A stretch of 64,000 nt of DNA from Chloroflexota bacterium (GTDB taxonomy: Bacteria > Chloroflexota > UBA11872 > VXOZ01), in the NCBI GenBank assembly GCA_963662335.2, contig CAXXVD010000003.1:585875-649874 (forward strand), in the 5' to 3' direction. Positions 28,710 through 38,369 of the stretch are shown here, in pieces (position 1 is the first letter of the stretch; every line of letters starts with the position of its first letter). The translations under genes were made by a program, and so were the position numbers. The notes beneath the pieces are model-generated. The model was not told the DNA's origin. It saw only the letters and a program-made list of their open reading frames with translations, and did no database searches.

Positions 28710-29750
28710 TTACGGCAGCGCAACCCAGGTTCTCTCCGCCGCCGCCCGTTGCACGGCGTCGAGCACGCGCTGCGCCGCCAGGCCGTCGGCGAAATCGGCC
28801 AGAAAATCCGTGCCGAGAACGGTACCCACCAGCCGGCCGGTGTGGTATGCTGGGAACGCCTCGTACGCGACCGTAAACTCCGCCGGCAGCGGCGCTTGCG
28901 TGAAGCCGATGTCCCCCGGCTTGGCAACGCCCACCGTTGGTTCCGCGCCGCGCTCCGTCGCAAAAGCCACGCTCGCCTCTTCCCCGTAGATTTCTACGCG
29001 CAGCGAGTTGGAACGCCCGGCGGCCGCTTGGCTGGCGTGCAGCGTGAGCGGCACGCCGGAGGCCAGGCGGGCGAGGATGAGCGCGGTGTCGTCGTTGGTC
29101 ACCGCGCCGCCGCGCCGGGCGGCAATGTGCGTGGCGGTGTGCGCGGCTACGGAACTGAATTCGCCGAGCCACCAGCGCACCAAGTCGATCGCGTGGCTGC
29201 CCACGTCGCCCAACGCGCCGGGGCCGGCCGCCTGGGCGTCCATGCGCCAGACGTGGGGACGGTCCGCGCCGTGGCGGATATCTTGCAGATAGACGAGGGC
29301 AACGTGTGCAATGCGCCCCACACGGCCCGCGTCCAGGAGATGCTTGACGTAACGCGCGGCGCCAATCGAACGAAAGGTAAAGTTGACGGCGGTGCGAATG
29401 CCGGCCTGCTGGGCGGCGGCCGCCATCGTTTCGGCGTCGGGCAGCGTGGACGCGAGCGGCTTCTCGCAGATGACGTGGCAGCCGCGTTGCGCCGCCGCGA
29501 GCGTCATGGGCGCGTGGGCGGCGTTGGGCGTGGCGATCAGCACGATCTCCGGCGCGGCGGCGTCCAGCATCTCCGCGTAATCCGTATAGAACGGCAGCGC
29601 CGGGTACTGCGACCGCATCTCGTCCGCGCGCGCCTGGCTGCGGGTGAAAGCGCCAACCACGCGCACCCGGTCGCACGCCAGCAGGCCGGGCAGCAGCACG
29701 CGCTGCGTAAAGGAACCGAGGCCGGCTACCGCTACGCTGTGTGTTTCCAT
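28710..29750 (-). CDS. Gfo/Idh/MocA family oxidoreductase
   Basis: IATPNAAH, CEKPL, GALGDVGSHAID. Confidence 0.93.
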   Translation of the reverse strand: METHSVAVAGLGSFTQRVLLPGLLACDRVRVVGAFTRSQARADEMRSQYPALPFYTDYAEMLDAAAPEIVLIATPNAAHAPMTLAAAQRGCHVICEKPLASTLPDAETMAAAAQQAGIRTAVNFTFRSIGAARYVKHLLDAGRVGRIAHVALVYLQDIRHGADRPHVWRMDAQAAGPGALGDVGSHAIDLVRWWLGEFSSVAAHTATHIAARRGGAVTNDDTALILARLASGVPLTLHASQAAAGRSNSLRVEIYGEEASVAFATERGAEPTVGVAKPGDIGFTQAPLPAEFTVAYEAFPAYHTGRLVGTVLGTDFLADFADGLAAQRVLDAVQRAAAERTWVALP

Positions 29751-30048
29751 CGCGGGACGCCCTCCGGAGCGTGTAGCGCACTGTGCCGCGTTGCGTTCCG
29801 CGCCGCTAACGGCATTGTATACTGTACCGCCGGACGCTTGTCTACTCCGGCAGGCAGCAGGTGACGCGGCTTGCGCCGTTCTCCCCTTACCCCAGGGAGA
29901 AGAGGTTTTCTCGCCTGCCGGTTCAAGGTTTGCGCAGACCTGCGTGGTGAAGTGTCCAATTTTGAGCAGGAACCTAAGAGAATCGGCGCTTGCTCTGGGC
30001 GGCAGGCGCTACTATAGATACTATAGCTAGCAGAATGAAAGTTGCTTT

Positions 30049-30130
30049 CTTAGAATATCCTTAGAATTGGCGGTTAATCCTAAGAATATCCTTAGAATCT
30101 ATTTACAGTATCCATATCCGGTGCTATGCT
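30049..30130 (+). promoter_or_regulatory. 11-bp-period direct repeats (CTTAGAATATC) followed by TTTACA-N17-TATGCT promoter
   Basis: Repeat units at 30049, 30060, 30080, 30091; -35 at 30102; extended -10 TGCTATGCT at 30122-30130. Confidence 0.65.
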
Positions 30131-30279
30131 GGCAGACATAGATCGCAGCGAGCCGGTGGGCCGCTGGAAAGTGAGAAAGGCAACAACGACGTTGCGCCGC
30201 GTCCCACCCAGTCCACGCGACGGCACAGCGTCGGGACTGCGCCGAGGGCGACCCGGCTGCGGCGAAGGAGGTACGACCC

Positions 30280-30666
30280 ATGGCCACAGATCTCAAGCAA
30301 GATGTCGAGCGCGTGCAGCGCTTGCAGGAAGCGCGCGAAGCGCTGGCGGCGCTCCTCGCGAACTCCCTGGAAACCGATACGCGGGAACGTGAGCGCGGCA
30401 GCGATGCGTCGGCAGACGATGACGACTTCGTGGACCTGGCGCAAGACGTCGCCATCCAGGAAGACCGCGAAGCGGTGTTGGACGTGCTGCGGCGCGACCT
30501 GCGGGCGTTCGATCAGGCCTGGCAGAAGGCCGAGGCCGGTACCTACGGCGTCTGCGAAGACTGCGGAGAGGGCATCCCGGCGGAACGCCTGGAGTTCATG
30601 CCGGAAGCCACGCTCTGCGTGGCCTGCCAGACCCGGCGGGAGCGCGCCTGGTTCGGCGTGCGCTAA
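30280..30666 (+). CDS. TraR/DksA C4 zinc-finger protein
   Basis: DxxDxA (DFVDLA), YGVCEDCGEGIPAERL..P.A.LCVAC; RBS AAGGAGG. Confidence 0.92.
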   Translation: MATDLKQDVERVQRLQEAREALAALLANSLETDTRERERGSDASADDDDFVDLAQDVAIQEDREAVLDVLRRDLRAFDQAWQKAEAGTYGVCEDCGEGIPAERLEFMPEATLCVACQTRRERAWFGVR

Positions 30667-30788
30667 GCGGACACTACACCGACTGCTGTCTCTTACCCTC
30701 TCACTCCCTTGGAGAGGAGGGTGGCGAAACGCCACCCTCCTCTCGTGCTTTAAGGCCGTGTGTGGGATGCGCGGCCGGCCCTCTGCAT

Positions 30789-31688
30789 TCACTCTTTGGT
30801 CCGATTCACCAGATAGATCCCGGCCGCCACCAGCACCGCGCCCGCAATCAACTCCGGTCCCAGCGGCTCGTCCAGCAGCAGGTTGCTCAGCACCACGCCA
30901 AAGAGCGGCGTGGCAAAGAAGAGCACCACCAGCCGGCTGGCGCTGTAGTGCTGGAGAATGGACGTCCAGGCCACGAAGCAAAAGCCGGCCACCGCCAGAC
31001 CCTGGTAGAGAATGGCGGTGAGGCTGGCGACCGATAGACCGTATTGCCAGCCCCGCTCGAATACCGCGCTGAGCAGAAAGAAGCACGGCAGACTGAAGAG
31101 CATGGTCCAGATCAGCAGGCGGTAGGGATGAATGCTCTGCACCAGCCGCTTGGTGGCGACGATGCGCAACGCCAAGAGTGCGCCGCTGGCCAACACGATC
31201 GCGTCGCCCAGCAGGTATGCCCCCGAGGACAAGCTCATGCTCTCCGCGAACGTAAAGGTGACGCCGACAAAGGCCAGCAGGACGCCGGCGGTCTTGGGCA
31301 CGGTCAGCCGGTCGCCCTGCAGCATGAAGTGGGCGAAGAGCGTGGTGAAGAGGGGATAGGTGCTGTTGAGCACGATCGACCGGGACGAGGTGGTGAAGTG
31401 GGTGCCGACGTTGAGGGCGATGATCTGGACCAGGAAGATCAGCGACAGGTAGATGAGCGGCACGAGTTCGCCGGGTTCCAGCTTGATCCGCACCCGCTGC
31501 CACCAGGCCCAACCGGTGACCGCCGCCAACCCGACGATGAAGCGAAACCCGGCCAGGGCCAGGGGCGGAATGTCCTGCAAGCCGATCTTGATGGCAACGG
31601 AGTTGCCGCCCCAGAGCAACGCCAGGAACAACACCAGCGCGATGATGCGGACGTCCGGTTCCCGGTTCGCTCCTGTGGTAGACGCCAT
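30789..31688 (-). CDS. DMT/EamA family transporter
   Basis: About 10 TM; LWGGN..AIK, PP..LAGFRF. Confidence 0.92.
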   Translation of the reverse strand: MASTTGANREPDVRIIALVLFLALLWGGNSVAIKIGLQDIPPLALAGFRFIVGLAAVTGWAWWQRVRIKLEPGELVPLIYLSLIFLVQIIALNVGTHFTTSSRSIVLNSTYPLFTTLFAHFMLQGDRLTVPKTAGVLLAFVGVTFTFAESMSLSSGAYLLGDAIVLASGALLALRIVATKRLVQSIHPYRLLIWTMLFSLPCFFLLSAVFERGWQYGLSVASLTAILYQGLAVAGFCFVAWTSILQHYSASRLVVLFFATPLFGVVLSNLLLDEPLGPELIAGAVLVAAGIYLVNRTKE

Positions 31689-31982
31689 GGCTAGGGGCTA
31701 ATGCGAGGCAACGAAGAAGGAGGCACGAACACTACCCAGTCCCCGCATACCGTACGTGCTCATGCATGTGCGATTCGCTAGGCGCTTTCTACCGTCTCTC
31801 ATCCCAGAGGAGGGCCCGGAGCGTACGTGCAGTCGCTTGCGGCGGAGCCGCATCAGGCCAGTGCACGTGCCGACTCTCCGGTAGTAACCGGCATGCGCTC
31901 CGGTAGCGTAGGTTTGCAACCTGCGCCGCCACCGCCATGCGCTGCGGTAGCGTAAGTTGACAACCCGCGCCGGCCCGGCCGG

Positions 31983-32054
31983 AGCCGACGGCCGGATTTG
32001 AACCGGCGGCCTATGGTTTACGAAACCATTGCTCTACCACTGAGCTACGTCGGC
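31983..32054 (-). tRNA. tRNA-Thr (anticodon CGT); CCA not encoded (followed by CCG)
   Basis: GCCGACGTAGCTCAGTGGTAGAGCA-ATGGT-TTCGTAA-ACCAT-AGGCC-GCCGG-TTCAAAT-CCGGC-CGTCGGC-T folds as a cloverleaf. Confidence 0.96.
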
Positions 32055-32300
32055 GTGGCAAATACGTTCCAATTGTACCATACCCGTGCCTCGCCAACTC
32101 CCTGCCCGTCCGCTGGCAGCCCTTGTGTCCCGGCGGCGACGGTCACGTGCGCAGAGACTCCCTACCGTTGCCATGCGCACATGAGACCGCGAGCGCAACG
32201 CGAGCGTAAGCCTCTGGCAAACTCGCCCTAATCTTGGTAGGTTAAAGTTGCTCGCGAGCCCAGTGCGCACGGACGAGCGGCTTAGCGGACACTATCGTAC

Positions 32301-33401
32301 GTGCCTACCACGATTGCAGAGAGAACCATCGCCACGACACCGCAGCTTACGCACACGCCGACGTCGTCGAAACCGCCAACTCCGGCGGAAGCGCCAACTT
32401 CGTCGCAGACGCAGGTTTCGCCTAAGCCGCCGAAACGTCCCGGCATCGAGCGGGGTGACACCGCGCGGGAGGCCGCGCGCAAGACCCTGCGCTTCCATTT
32501 CAGCCGCATGTTGAAGCACGAAGCCGGCACGATCGTCGGCAGCGACATCGAGGAACTCCACGACATGCGCGTGGCCGTGCGCCGGATGCGCGCGGCGGTG
32601 CAGTTGTTACGCCCGTATCTTCCCAAGAAGCGCGCCGCTTCCCTGCGCAAGGACCTGCGGCGTCTGGGCCGCGCCCTGGGCCCCACGCGCGACTACGACG
32701 TGATGCTGGCCAACCTCGAGACCTACCGCGCGGCAATGCCGGCGCACATCCAAGACGGGCTCACGCCGCTCGCGCGGCGTTGGCAGAAGCGGCGCGTGCG
32801 GGCGCGCCGGACGATGCTGCGGTACCTGACAAGCAAACGCTACCGCACGCTCAAGCGCGAGTTGGCCGCTTTCCTCGAACCCGCGGGCGCGTCCCCACAA
32901 CCGGGCGCGCCTGAATATCCCCAGAACGCCGCCGTCGGGCCGCAGCCGCTCGTGGCTGCCGCGGCTCCGGGCCTGGTTGGCGCCCGCTATGAGAAACTGC
33001 TGGCATACGGCCCGTCACTCCACGGCGCGTCCATAGAGACGCTGCACGACCTGCGCATCGACTGCAAGCGCCTGCGCTATGCCCTGGAGTTCCTGCGCGA
33101 AATCCTGATCCCGCCGGCCGCGGCGGCGATCGAGGACGTCAAGCGCGCCCAAGACCACCTGGGCGACCTGAACGACGCCTACGTGGCCGGAACCGTCCTG
33201 CGCACGTTCTTGGAGAAACGGCAGCGCGACCGCGACGACGGGCACTACCCGGCCGCCGCCAAGGAAGCGCTCTGCGGCTACCTGGCGTTTTGCGACGACC
33301 GGGCGCGGACGAACGCCCAGACGTTTCCGGCGCTTTGGCAGCATCTCACCGGAGACGAGTTCCGCCAGCGCCTGCACGAGATCATGAATACCGCGCCGTG
33401 A
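32301..33401 (+). CDS. CHAD domain polyphosphate-binding protein
   Basis: LHDMRVAVRRMR, LG..RD.DV, LHDLRIDCKRLRY, QDHLGDLND. Confidence 0.93.
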   Translation: MPTTIAERTIATTPQLTHTPTSSKPPTPAEAPTSSQTQVSPKPPKRPGIERGDTAREAARKTLRFHFSRMLKHEAGTIVGSDIEELHDMRVAVRRMRAAVQLLRPYLPKKRAASLRKDLRRLGRALGPTRDYDVMLANLETYRAAMPAHIQDGLTPLARRWQKRRVRARRTMLRYLTSKRYRTLKRELAAFLEPAGASPQPGAPEYPQNAAVGPQPLVAAAAPGLVGARYEKLLAYGPSLHGASIETLHDLRIDCKRLRYALEFLREILIPPAAAAIEDVKRAQDHLGDLNDAYVAGTVLRTFLEKRQRDRDDGHYPAAAKEALCGYLAFCDDRARTNAQTFPALWQHLTGDEFRQRLHEIMNTAP

Positions 33402-33447
33402 GGCCGCGGCCGCGCTTGCGGGATAGGCAGCGCAACGAGGAGCGCAC

Positions 33448-35121
33448 ATGACCGGAGAACGGATTGCCGTCATCGACATTGGCTCCAATTCCGCGCGCCT
33501 GGCGCTCTTGGAGGTGTATGAAGACCGCGCGTTCAAGCTGGTAGATGAACTCCGCGAGACGCTGCGGCTGGGCGAACAGCTTGACGCGGACGGCAACCTC
33601 ACGGCGGAAGCGATCCAGCGCACGTTGGAAATCTGCCGCGTGCTGGCGCGCTTCTGCACGGCGCACCGCGTGACGCACGTCATCGGCGTTGCCACCAGCG
33701 CCCTGCGCCGCGCCCGCAACGGGCCGGCGGTCGTCGACCGCATCGCGGCCGAAACCGGCCTGCCCATCCGCATCATTTCGGGCGAACAGGAAGCCTACTA
33801 CGACTTCGTGGCGGCGGTGAATAGCTCCGCCGCGGCGGATAGCGTGGTGGTTGACATTGGCGGCGGCAGCGCGCAAATCGTCCGCGCCCACCAGCGCGCG
33901 GCCACCCACATGGCTAGCCTGCCGCTCGGCGCAATCACGCTCACCAGCGCGTTCCTGAACCGCGATCGACCGACGAACAAGCAGATACGCGCGCTCGAGA
34001 GACACATCCAGGCCAATTTGCGCACGCTCTCCTGGCTCCACGAAGACGGCGCCGCCGACGCAACCGCTGACGCACGCGCGGCAAATGGCGCGCCGGGCGC
34101 CGCGGCCGCTCTCGCATCCAACGGCGGGCCCGTCTTGATCGGCATCGGCGGCGCCGTGCGCAACCTGGCAAAGATCTACCGGCGGCAGTCCGGCTATCCC
34201 CTCCACTTGCTCCACGGCATGAGCGTCCCCATGGAAGCCGTAGAAGAGATATACGCAACGCTCAGAAAGCTCAACCTGGAGCAACGGCGCAAGGTGCCCG
34301 GTCTTTCCACCAAGCGGGCGGACATCATCGTGGCGGGAGCGGCGGTGGTGTGTGCCCTGGCGCGGGAGATTGGCGCTTCCGCTTTGGCCATCAGCGGCCG
34401 GGGCCTGCGCGAGGGGCTATTCTTCAATCATGTTCTGGGCGGAGAACTCGTGGAACCGCGCGTGCCCGACCCGGCGCTCTTCGGCGCGACCAACCTCATG
34501 CGCTACTACAACGTGGATGAAACCCACGCCAACCACGTGGCCAACCTGGCGCTCTCGCTCTTCGCTCAACTCGCGCCGCTGCACGGGCTGGACGCCAACG
34601 CGCGCAAACTGCTCCACATTGCCGCGCTGCTCCACGACGTGGGCGTGGCCGTTAACTACTACAACCACGACGAGCACGGCTTCTACCTGCTCACGCGCAC
34701 GGGCATCGACGGCCTGACCCACCGGGAGTTGCTGATCGTGGCCTGCCTTGTAGCCGCGCACAACGGCAACGTCGGCCCCCTGAAACGCTGGCCGGAATAC
34801 CGCTCGCTCCTGCACAAGCGCGACGCTGACGCCGTAGCCAAACTCAGCGCGCTCCTGCAACTCAGCGAGGCGCTCGACCGCAGCGAGTCCGGGCTGGTGG
34901 AAGCCGTGCGGTGTGAGATTGTGGACAGCCGCCAAGTAACGCTCCATCTCGCCGCAGACCCCGACGCCGTGTGCGAACGCCGCGAAACGCAGGCAATGCT
35001 TACTGACATTGCAGCAGCATTTGGTGTACACTTTACGTTGGACTACGCGCACGAACATTTGGGGGGCGCGCACGCTGAGAGCGCGCCCACGGCGGCGTCC
35101 GCGAAGAAGGCAACACACTAG
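33448..35121 (+). CDS. ppx: Ppx/GppA exopolyphosphatase with C-terminal HD domain
   Basis: IDIGSNS, ATSALR, ISGEQEA, DIGGGS, GLREG, LLHDVG. Confidence 0.95.
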   Translation: MTGERIAVIDIGSNSARLALLEVYEDRAFKLVDELRETLRLGEQLDADGNLTAEAIQRTLEICRVLARFCTAHRVTHVIGVATSALRRARNGPAVVDRIAAETGLPIRIISGEQEAYYDFVAAVNSSAAADSVVVDIGGGSAQIVRAHQRAATHMASLPLGAITLTSAFLNRDRPTNKQIRALERHIQANLRTLSWLHEDGAADATADARAANGAPGAAAALASNGGPVLIGIGGAVRNLAKIYRRQSGYPLHLLHGMSVPMEAVEEIYATLRKLNLEQRRKVPGLSTKRADIIVAGAAVVCALAREIGASALAISGRGLREGLFFNHVLGGELVEPRVPDPALFGATNLMRYYNVDETHANHVANLALSLFAQLAPLHGLDANARKLLHIAALLHDVGVAVNYYNHDEHGFYLLTRTGIDGLTHRELLIVACLVAAHNGNVGPLKRWPEYRSLLHKRDADAVAKLSALLQLSEALDRSESGLVEAVRCEIVDSRQVTLHLAADPDAVCERRETQAMLTDIAAAFGVHFTLDYAHEHLGGAHAESAPTAASAKKATH

Positions 35122-35144
35122 TGTGAGACCAGGAGATACCGCCA

Positions 35145-35870
35145 GTGGCTTTGAAGAAGATCCGCGGGCTCGGCCTGAACAAGAAGTATCCCGGCCGCCT
35201 GATCGTGGTGGAGGGCTGCGACGGTTCCGGCAAGAGCACCCAACTCCACCTCCTGCGCGTCTGGTTGCAGTCGCAGGGGTATCCGGTGGTCTACACCGAG
35301 TGGAACTCGTCGGCCATCGTGAAGCAGGCGACGCGGCGGGCGAAGCGCAAAGAGTTGCTCACGCCCACCACGTTTAGCCTCATCCACGCCTGCGACTTTG
35401 CCGATCGCTACGAGAAGGTCATCCTGCCGCCGCTCCACGCCGGCTGCATCGTGCTGGCCGACCGCTACGTCTACACCGCCTACGCGCGGGACGTGGCGCG
35501 CGGCTGCGACCTGCCCTGGGTGCGCAACACCTACCGCTTTGCCGTGAAGCCCACCATCGCCTTCTACTTCCATGCGCCGTTGGAGGTCTCGATCTCGCGC
35601 ATCCTCTTTGGCCGCCCGTCGCTGAAATACTACGAGGCCGGCATGGATACGGGCCTCTCGCTGGATCCGGTGGAGAGCTTCAAGCTGTTTCAAGGCAAGA
35701 TCAAAGAGCAGTACGATAGTATGGCCCGCAACGAACAGTTCGTCGTGATAGACGCCACGCGCACGATTCACGAGACGTGGGAGGAAGTGCAAAAGGTCGT
35801 GCTGGAGAAGCTGGCGGACTACGAGCCGCCGTCCAAACAAAACCTCCTCTCTCAGGGCATCGTCGCATAG
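35145..35870 (+). CDS. Thymidylate-kinase-fold protein 1 (intact P-loop; candidate PPK3 catalytic subunit)
   Basis: VEGCDGSGKSTQ, LADRY; TEWNSS where dTMP kinases have TREP. Confidence 0.8.
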   Translation: MALKKIRGLGLNKKYPGRLIVVEGCDGSGKSTQLHLLRVWLQSQGYPVVYTEWNSSAIVKQATRRAKRKELLTPTTFSLIHACDFADRYEKVILPPLHAGCIVLADRYVYTAYARDVARGCDLPWVRNTYRFAVKPTIAFYFHAPLEVSISRILFGRPSLKYYEAGMDTGLSLDPVESFKLFQGKIKEQYDSMARNEQFVVIDATRTIHETWEEVQKVVLEKLADYEPPSKQNLLSQGIVA

Positions 35871-35897
35871 CCCTCTCCGGCGGGAAAGAGGGAAGTC

Positions 35898-36653
35898 TTG
35901 GCAAGCGAAAAGGGAGATGAACGAGTGTCATCCGTGCTGCCGGTGCGTGCGCGCTTCTACGGCTGCGGGCTGCCATACCTGGACGACCTGGAGCCTACCG
36001 GGCCGTTGATCGTCATCGAAGGCTCGGATTGTTCCGGGCGTTCCACCCAGACGCAGATGCTCAAGGAGTCGTTGGAAGCGGCCGGGCACGCCGTGCTGGA
36101 GATGGGCATCCGCCGTTCGGACCTCATGGCAAAGGCCATTTCCGCCGCCAAGCGGGGCAATCTGCTGGGCAAGACCACGCTCAGCCTGCTCTACGCCACG
36201 GACCTGGCCGACCAGTTGGAGAACCGCCTGGTGCCGGCGATGCAGGCCGGTTTCGTGGTGCTGGCCGACCGCTACATATACACGCTCATGGCGCGGGACC
36301 TGGCGCGGGGCGCGGACCTGAAGTGGCTGAAGCGCCTCTTCGGCATCGCGCTGGAGCCGGACTTGATCATCTTCCTGGACGCGGAGCCGGAGGTGCTCTT
36401 CCACCGCACGTTGGCGAAGTACGGCGAACTGAACTACTGGGAGTCCGGCATGGATCTGCCCATGGGCAGCAGCATGTTCGAGAGCTTTCTCAAGTACCAG
36501 GCGTCGCTGCGCAAGCACTTCCACCGGCTGGGCGACGAGTACGGCTTCCACATGATCGACGCCACGCCCAGCCCCAAGAAGATCCACAAGCAGATTAGCG
36601 CGGTGGTTTCCGGCTACCTGGCGGAATTGACGCAGCAGTCAGCCGACCGCTAG
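35898..36653 (+). CDS. Thymidylate-kinase-fold protein 2 (P-loop Lys to Arg; candidate regulatory subunit)
   Basis: IEGSDCSGRSTQ, LADRY; shares the Y.E.GMD...ESF motif with paralogue 1. Confidence 0.78.
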   Translation: MASEKGDERVSSVLPVRARFYGCGLPYLDDLEPTGPLIVIEGSDCSGRSTQTQMLKESLEAAGHAVLEMGIRRSDLMAKAISAAKRGNLLGKTTLSLLYATDLADQLENRLVPAMQAGFVVLADRYIYTLMARDLARGADLKWLKRLFGIALEPDLIIFLDAEPEVLFHRTLAKYGELNYWESGMDLPMGSSMFESFLKYQASLRKHFHRLGDEYGFHMIDATPSPKKIHKQISAVVSGYLAELTQQSADR

Positions 36654-36667
36654 CGCCAAACGGGCCG

Positions 36668-37063
36668 CTAGTCGTCCAGCGCGTGGAGGAGCGTGCGCAC
36701 CCGCGCTTCGATTTGATCCCGGATGCCGCGCACCACGGCCGCCGGCTGTCCGCTGGGATCCGGGAGCCCCCAGTCCTCCACCGGCCCAAGCGCCGCCGGG
36801 CACGATTCGTCGATGGCGCAGCCCATGGTGATGATTCTATCCGCCCAGTCGGCCAACTCCTGGGTAAGCAGCGCCGGCCGGTGACCGGCCAAACTGACGC
36901 CCCGCTCGGCCATCACCTGCGCCGCGATCGGATTCACCCGCGCGCCCGGCTCCGTTCCCGCCGAACGCGCCTCCGCCTTGCCGCCGGCCAGGTGGCGCAG
37001 GAACGCCTCCGCCATCTGGCTGCGGCCGGCATTGTGGACGCAGACGAAGAGCACGCGCATCAT
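36668..37063 (-). CDS. arsC: Arsenate reductase, LMW-PTP fold
   Basis: CVHNAGRSQMAE; second Cys pair MGC...SCP; DW.LPDP. Confidence 0.9.
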   Translation of the reverse strand: MMRVLFVCVHNAGRSQMAEAFLRHLAGGKAEARSAGTEPGARVNPIAAQVMAERGVSLAGHRPALLTQELADWADRIITMGCAIDESCPAALGPVEDWGLPDPSGQPAAVVRGIRDQIEARVRTLLHALDD

Positions 37064-37110
37064 CGCAGGTTCCTTCCCCATCTCACCCAACAGGTTTCCC
37101 CCTCTCCCCC

Positions 37111-37171
37111 GTAGCGCGGGGGCTTGTCCCCCGCTGGAAGCTGACACGTAGCGCGGGGGCTTGTCCCCCGC
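37111..37171. repeat. Two direct GTAG REPs, family C (GTAGCGCGGGGGCTTGTCCCCCGC)
   Basis: Copies at 37111 and 37148; also 40880-40900 (reverse) and four copies in 47819-48077. Confidence 0.9.
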
Positions 37172-37187
37172 CGCCCGTAGGCTTTGC

Positions 37188-37859
37188 TCAATCCACCTGC
37201 TTCGAGAGGTTGAGGTCCAGCATCTTGCCGGTCACCAGGTAGATCACGCGCTCGGCGATGTTGGTGGCGCGGTCCGCCGTGCGCTCCAGGTCGTGGGTCA
37301 CCCAGAGCAAGTAGGTGGCCCGTTGGATGCTGCGGGGGTCTCTGATCATGTAGAGCAGCAACTCGTGGTAGATTTGCTCGTGGAGCGCGTCCACGTCGTC
37401 GTCCGCGTCGCACACCTGCCGCGCCAGGTCTACGTCGCGGGAGACCAGCGCGTCGATGCTCTCGCGGAGCATTGTAATCGCCATGTCCGCCATGCGCGGG
37501 ATGTCGATCAGGGGCTTCAGCGGCGGCTCGTCGCCCATCATGAGGCTGATCTTGCCGATGCCTTCCGCGTAGTCGCCCATGCGCTCCAACTCGACCGCAA
37601 TGTGCAGCAGCGCAATGACCCACCGCAGGTCGCGGGCGGCGGGTTGTTGGGTAGCGAGCAGGTCGACGCAGCGCTCCTCGATGGCAAAGCGCTTCTCGTC
37701 GATAACGTCATCGAACGCTACCACGGCATGGGACGCCTCCAGGTCACGTTCCCGCAAGGCGTCGATGGCGTGCGTAATAGCCTTCTCCACCATGCTGGCC
37801 AGCGCGAGAATGCCGTCCTGGATCTCTTCTAGCTGGGTCTCGACGTTCGTGCGCGCCAT
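37188..37859 (-). CDS. phoU: Phosphate signalling protein PhoU
   Basis: QQPAARDLR, ELERMGDYA, DDDVD, LERTADRATNIAE. Confidence 0.97.
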   Translation of the reverse strand: MARTNVETQLEEIQDGILALASMVEKAITHAIDALRERDLEASHAVVAFDDVIDEKRFAIEERCVDLLATQQPAARDLRWVIALLHIAVELERMGDYAEGIGKISLMMGDEPPLKPLIDIPRMADMAITMLRESIDALVSRDVDLARQVCDADDDVDALHEQIYHELLLYMIRDPRSIQRATYLLWVTHDLERTADRATNIAERVIYLVTGKMLDLNLSKQVD

Positions 37860-38146
37860 GGCGCTCTCCCCCTTTGCCGCGTCCGCGGCGCAGCCTGCCG
37901 CCGCCCGGCCACTCTGGCGAATGACGTTTCCGTTGCAAAGCGCCGGAAACGTCAGGGCGTACCCCTATGCAATATACCATCATGCACTTTTTTCGCCAAA
38001 TCGCCTGCCGCGCGCCACCCGCGCGCTCCGATTTGCTCATTCGTTGTCGTCAAGTGTACGGGCACGGCACGTACGGAGGGTTTGTGTGGAGTGAACAACG
38101 TGTGAAATGACCCCGCGTTCTTGTGTCCGTGGGTAGTGGCCGCCTG

Positions 38147-38270
38147 TCCGTCATTCCCGCAAAAGCGGGAATCCATCTTCCCCTCGCACCCAGTGGATTC
38201 CCGCGTGCGCGGGAATCCATCTTGGTCGTGCACCGCGAAGATAGATTCCCGCGTGCGCGGGAATGACGGA
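38147..38270. repeat. Family A REP cluster with three hairpins
   Basis: ATTCCCGC..GCGGGAAT three times. Confidence 0.9.
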
Positions 38271-38369
38271 GGACCTCACGCAATCTTCATTGGCAGTGAC
38301 GCGGTGAGGAAGGAAGCCGGCCTCGTCATCCATTGCGGGCGGCGCTGTTGAGGACTGCGCGCGGCCTCG

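Noticed and set aside
31983-32054. tRNA-Thr as an integration site for an island
   Set aside because: No integrase and no duplicated tRNA 3' end seen; a non-encoded CCA is common
35145-36653. Plain duplicated tmk genes
   Set aside because: Missing dTMP-kinase signatures, an altered P-loop in copy 2 and the polyP gene context argue against it
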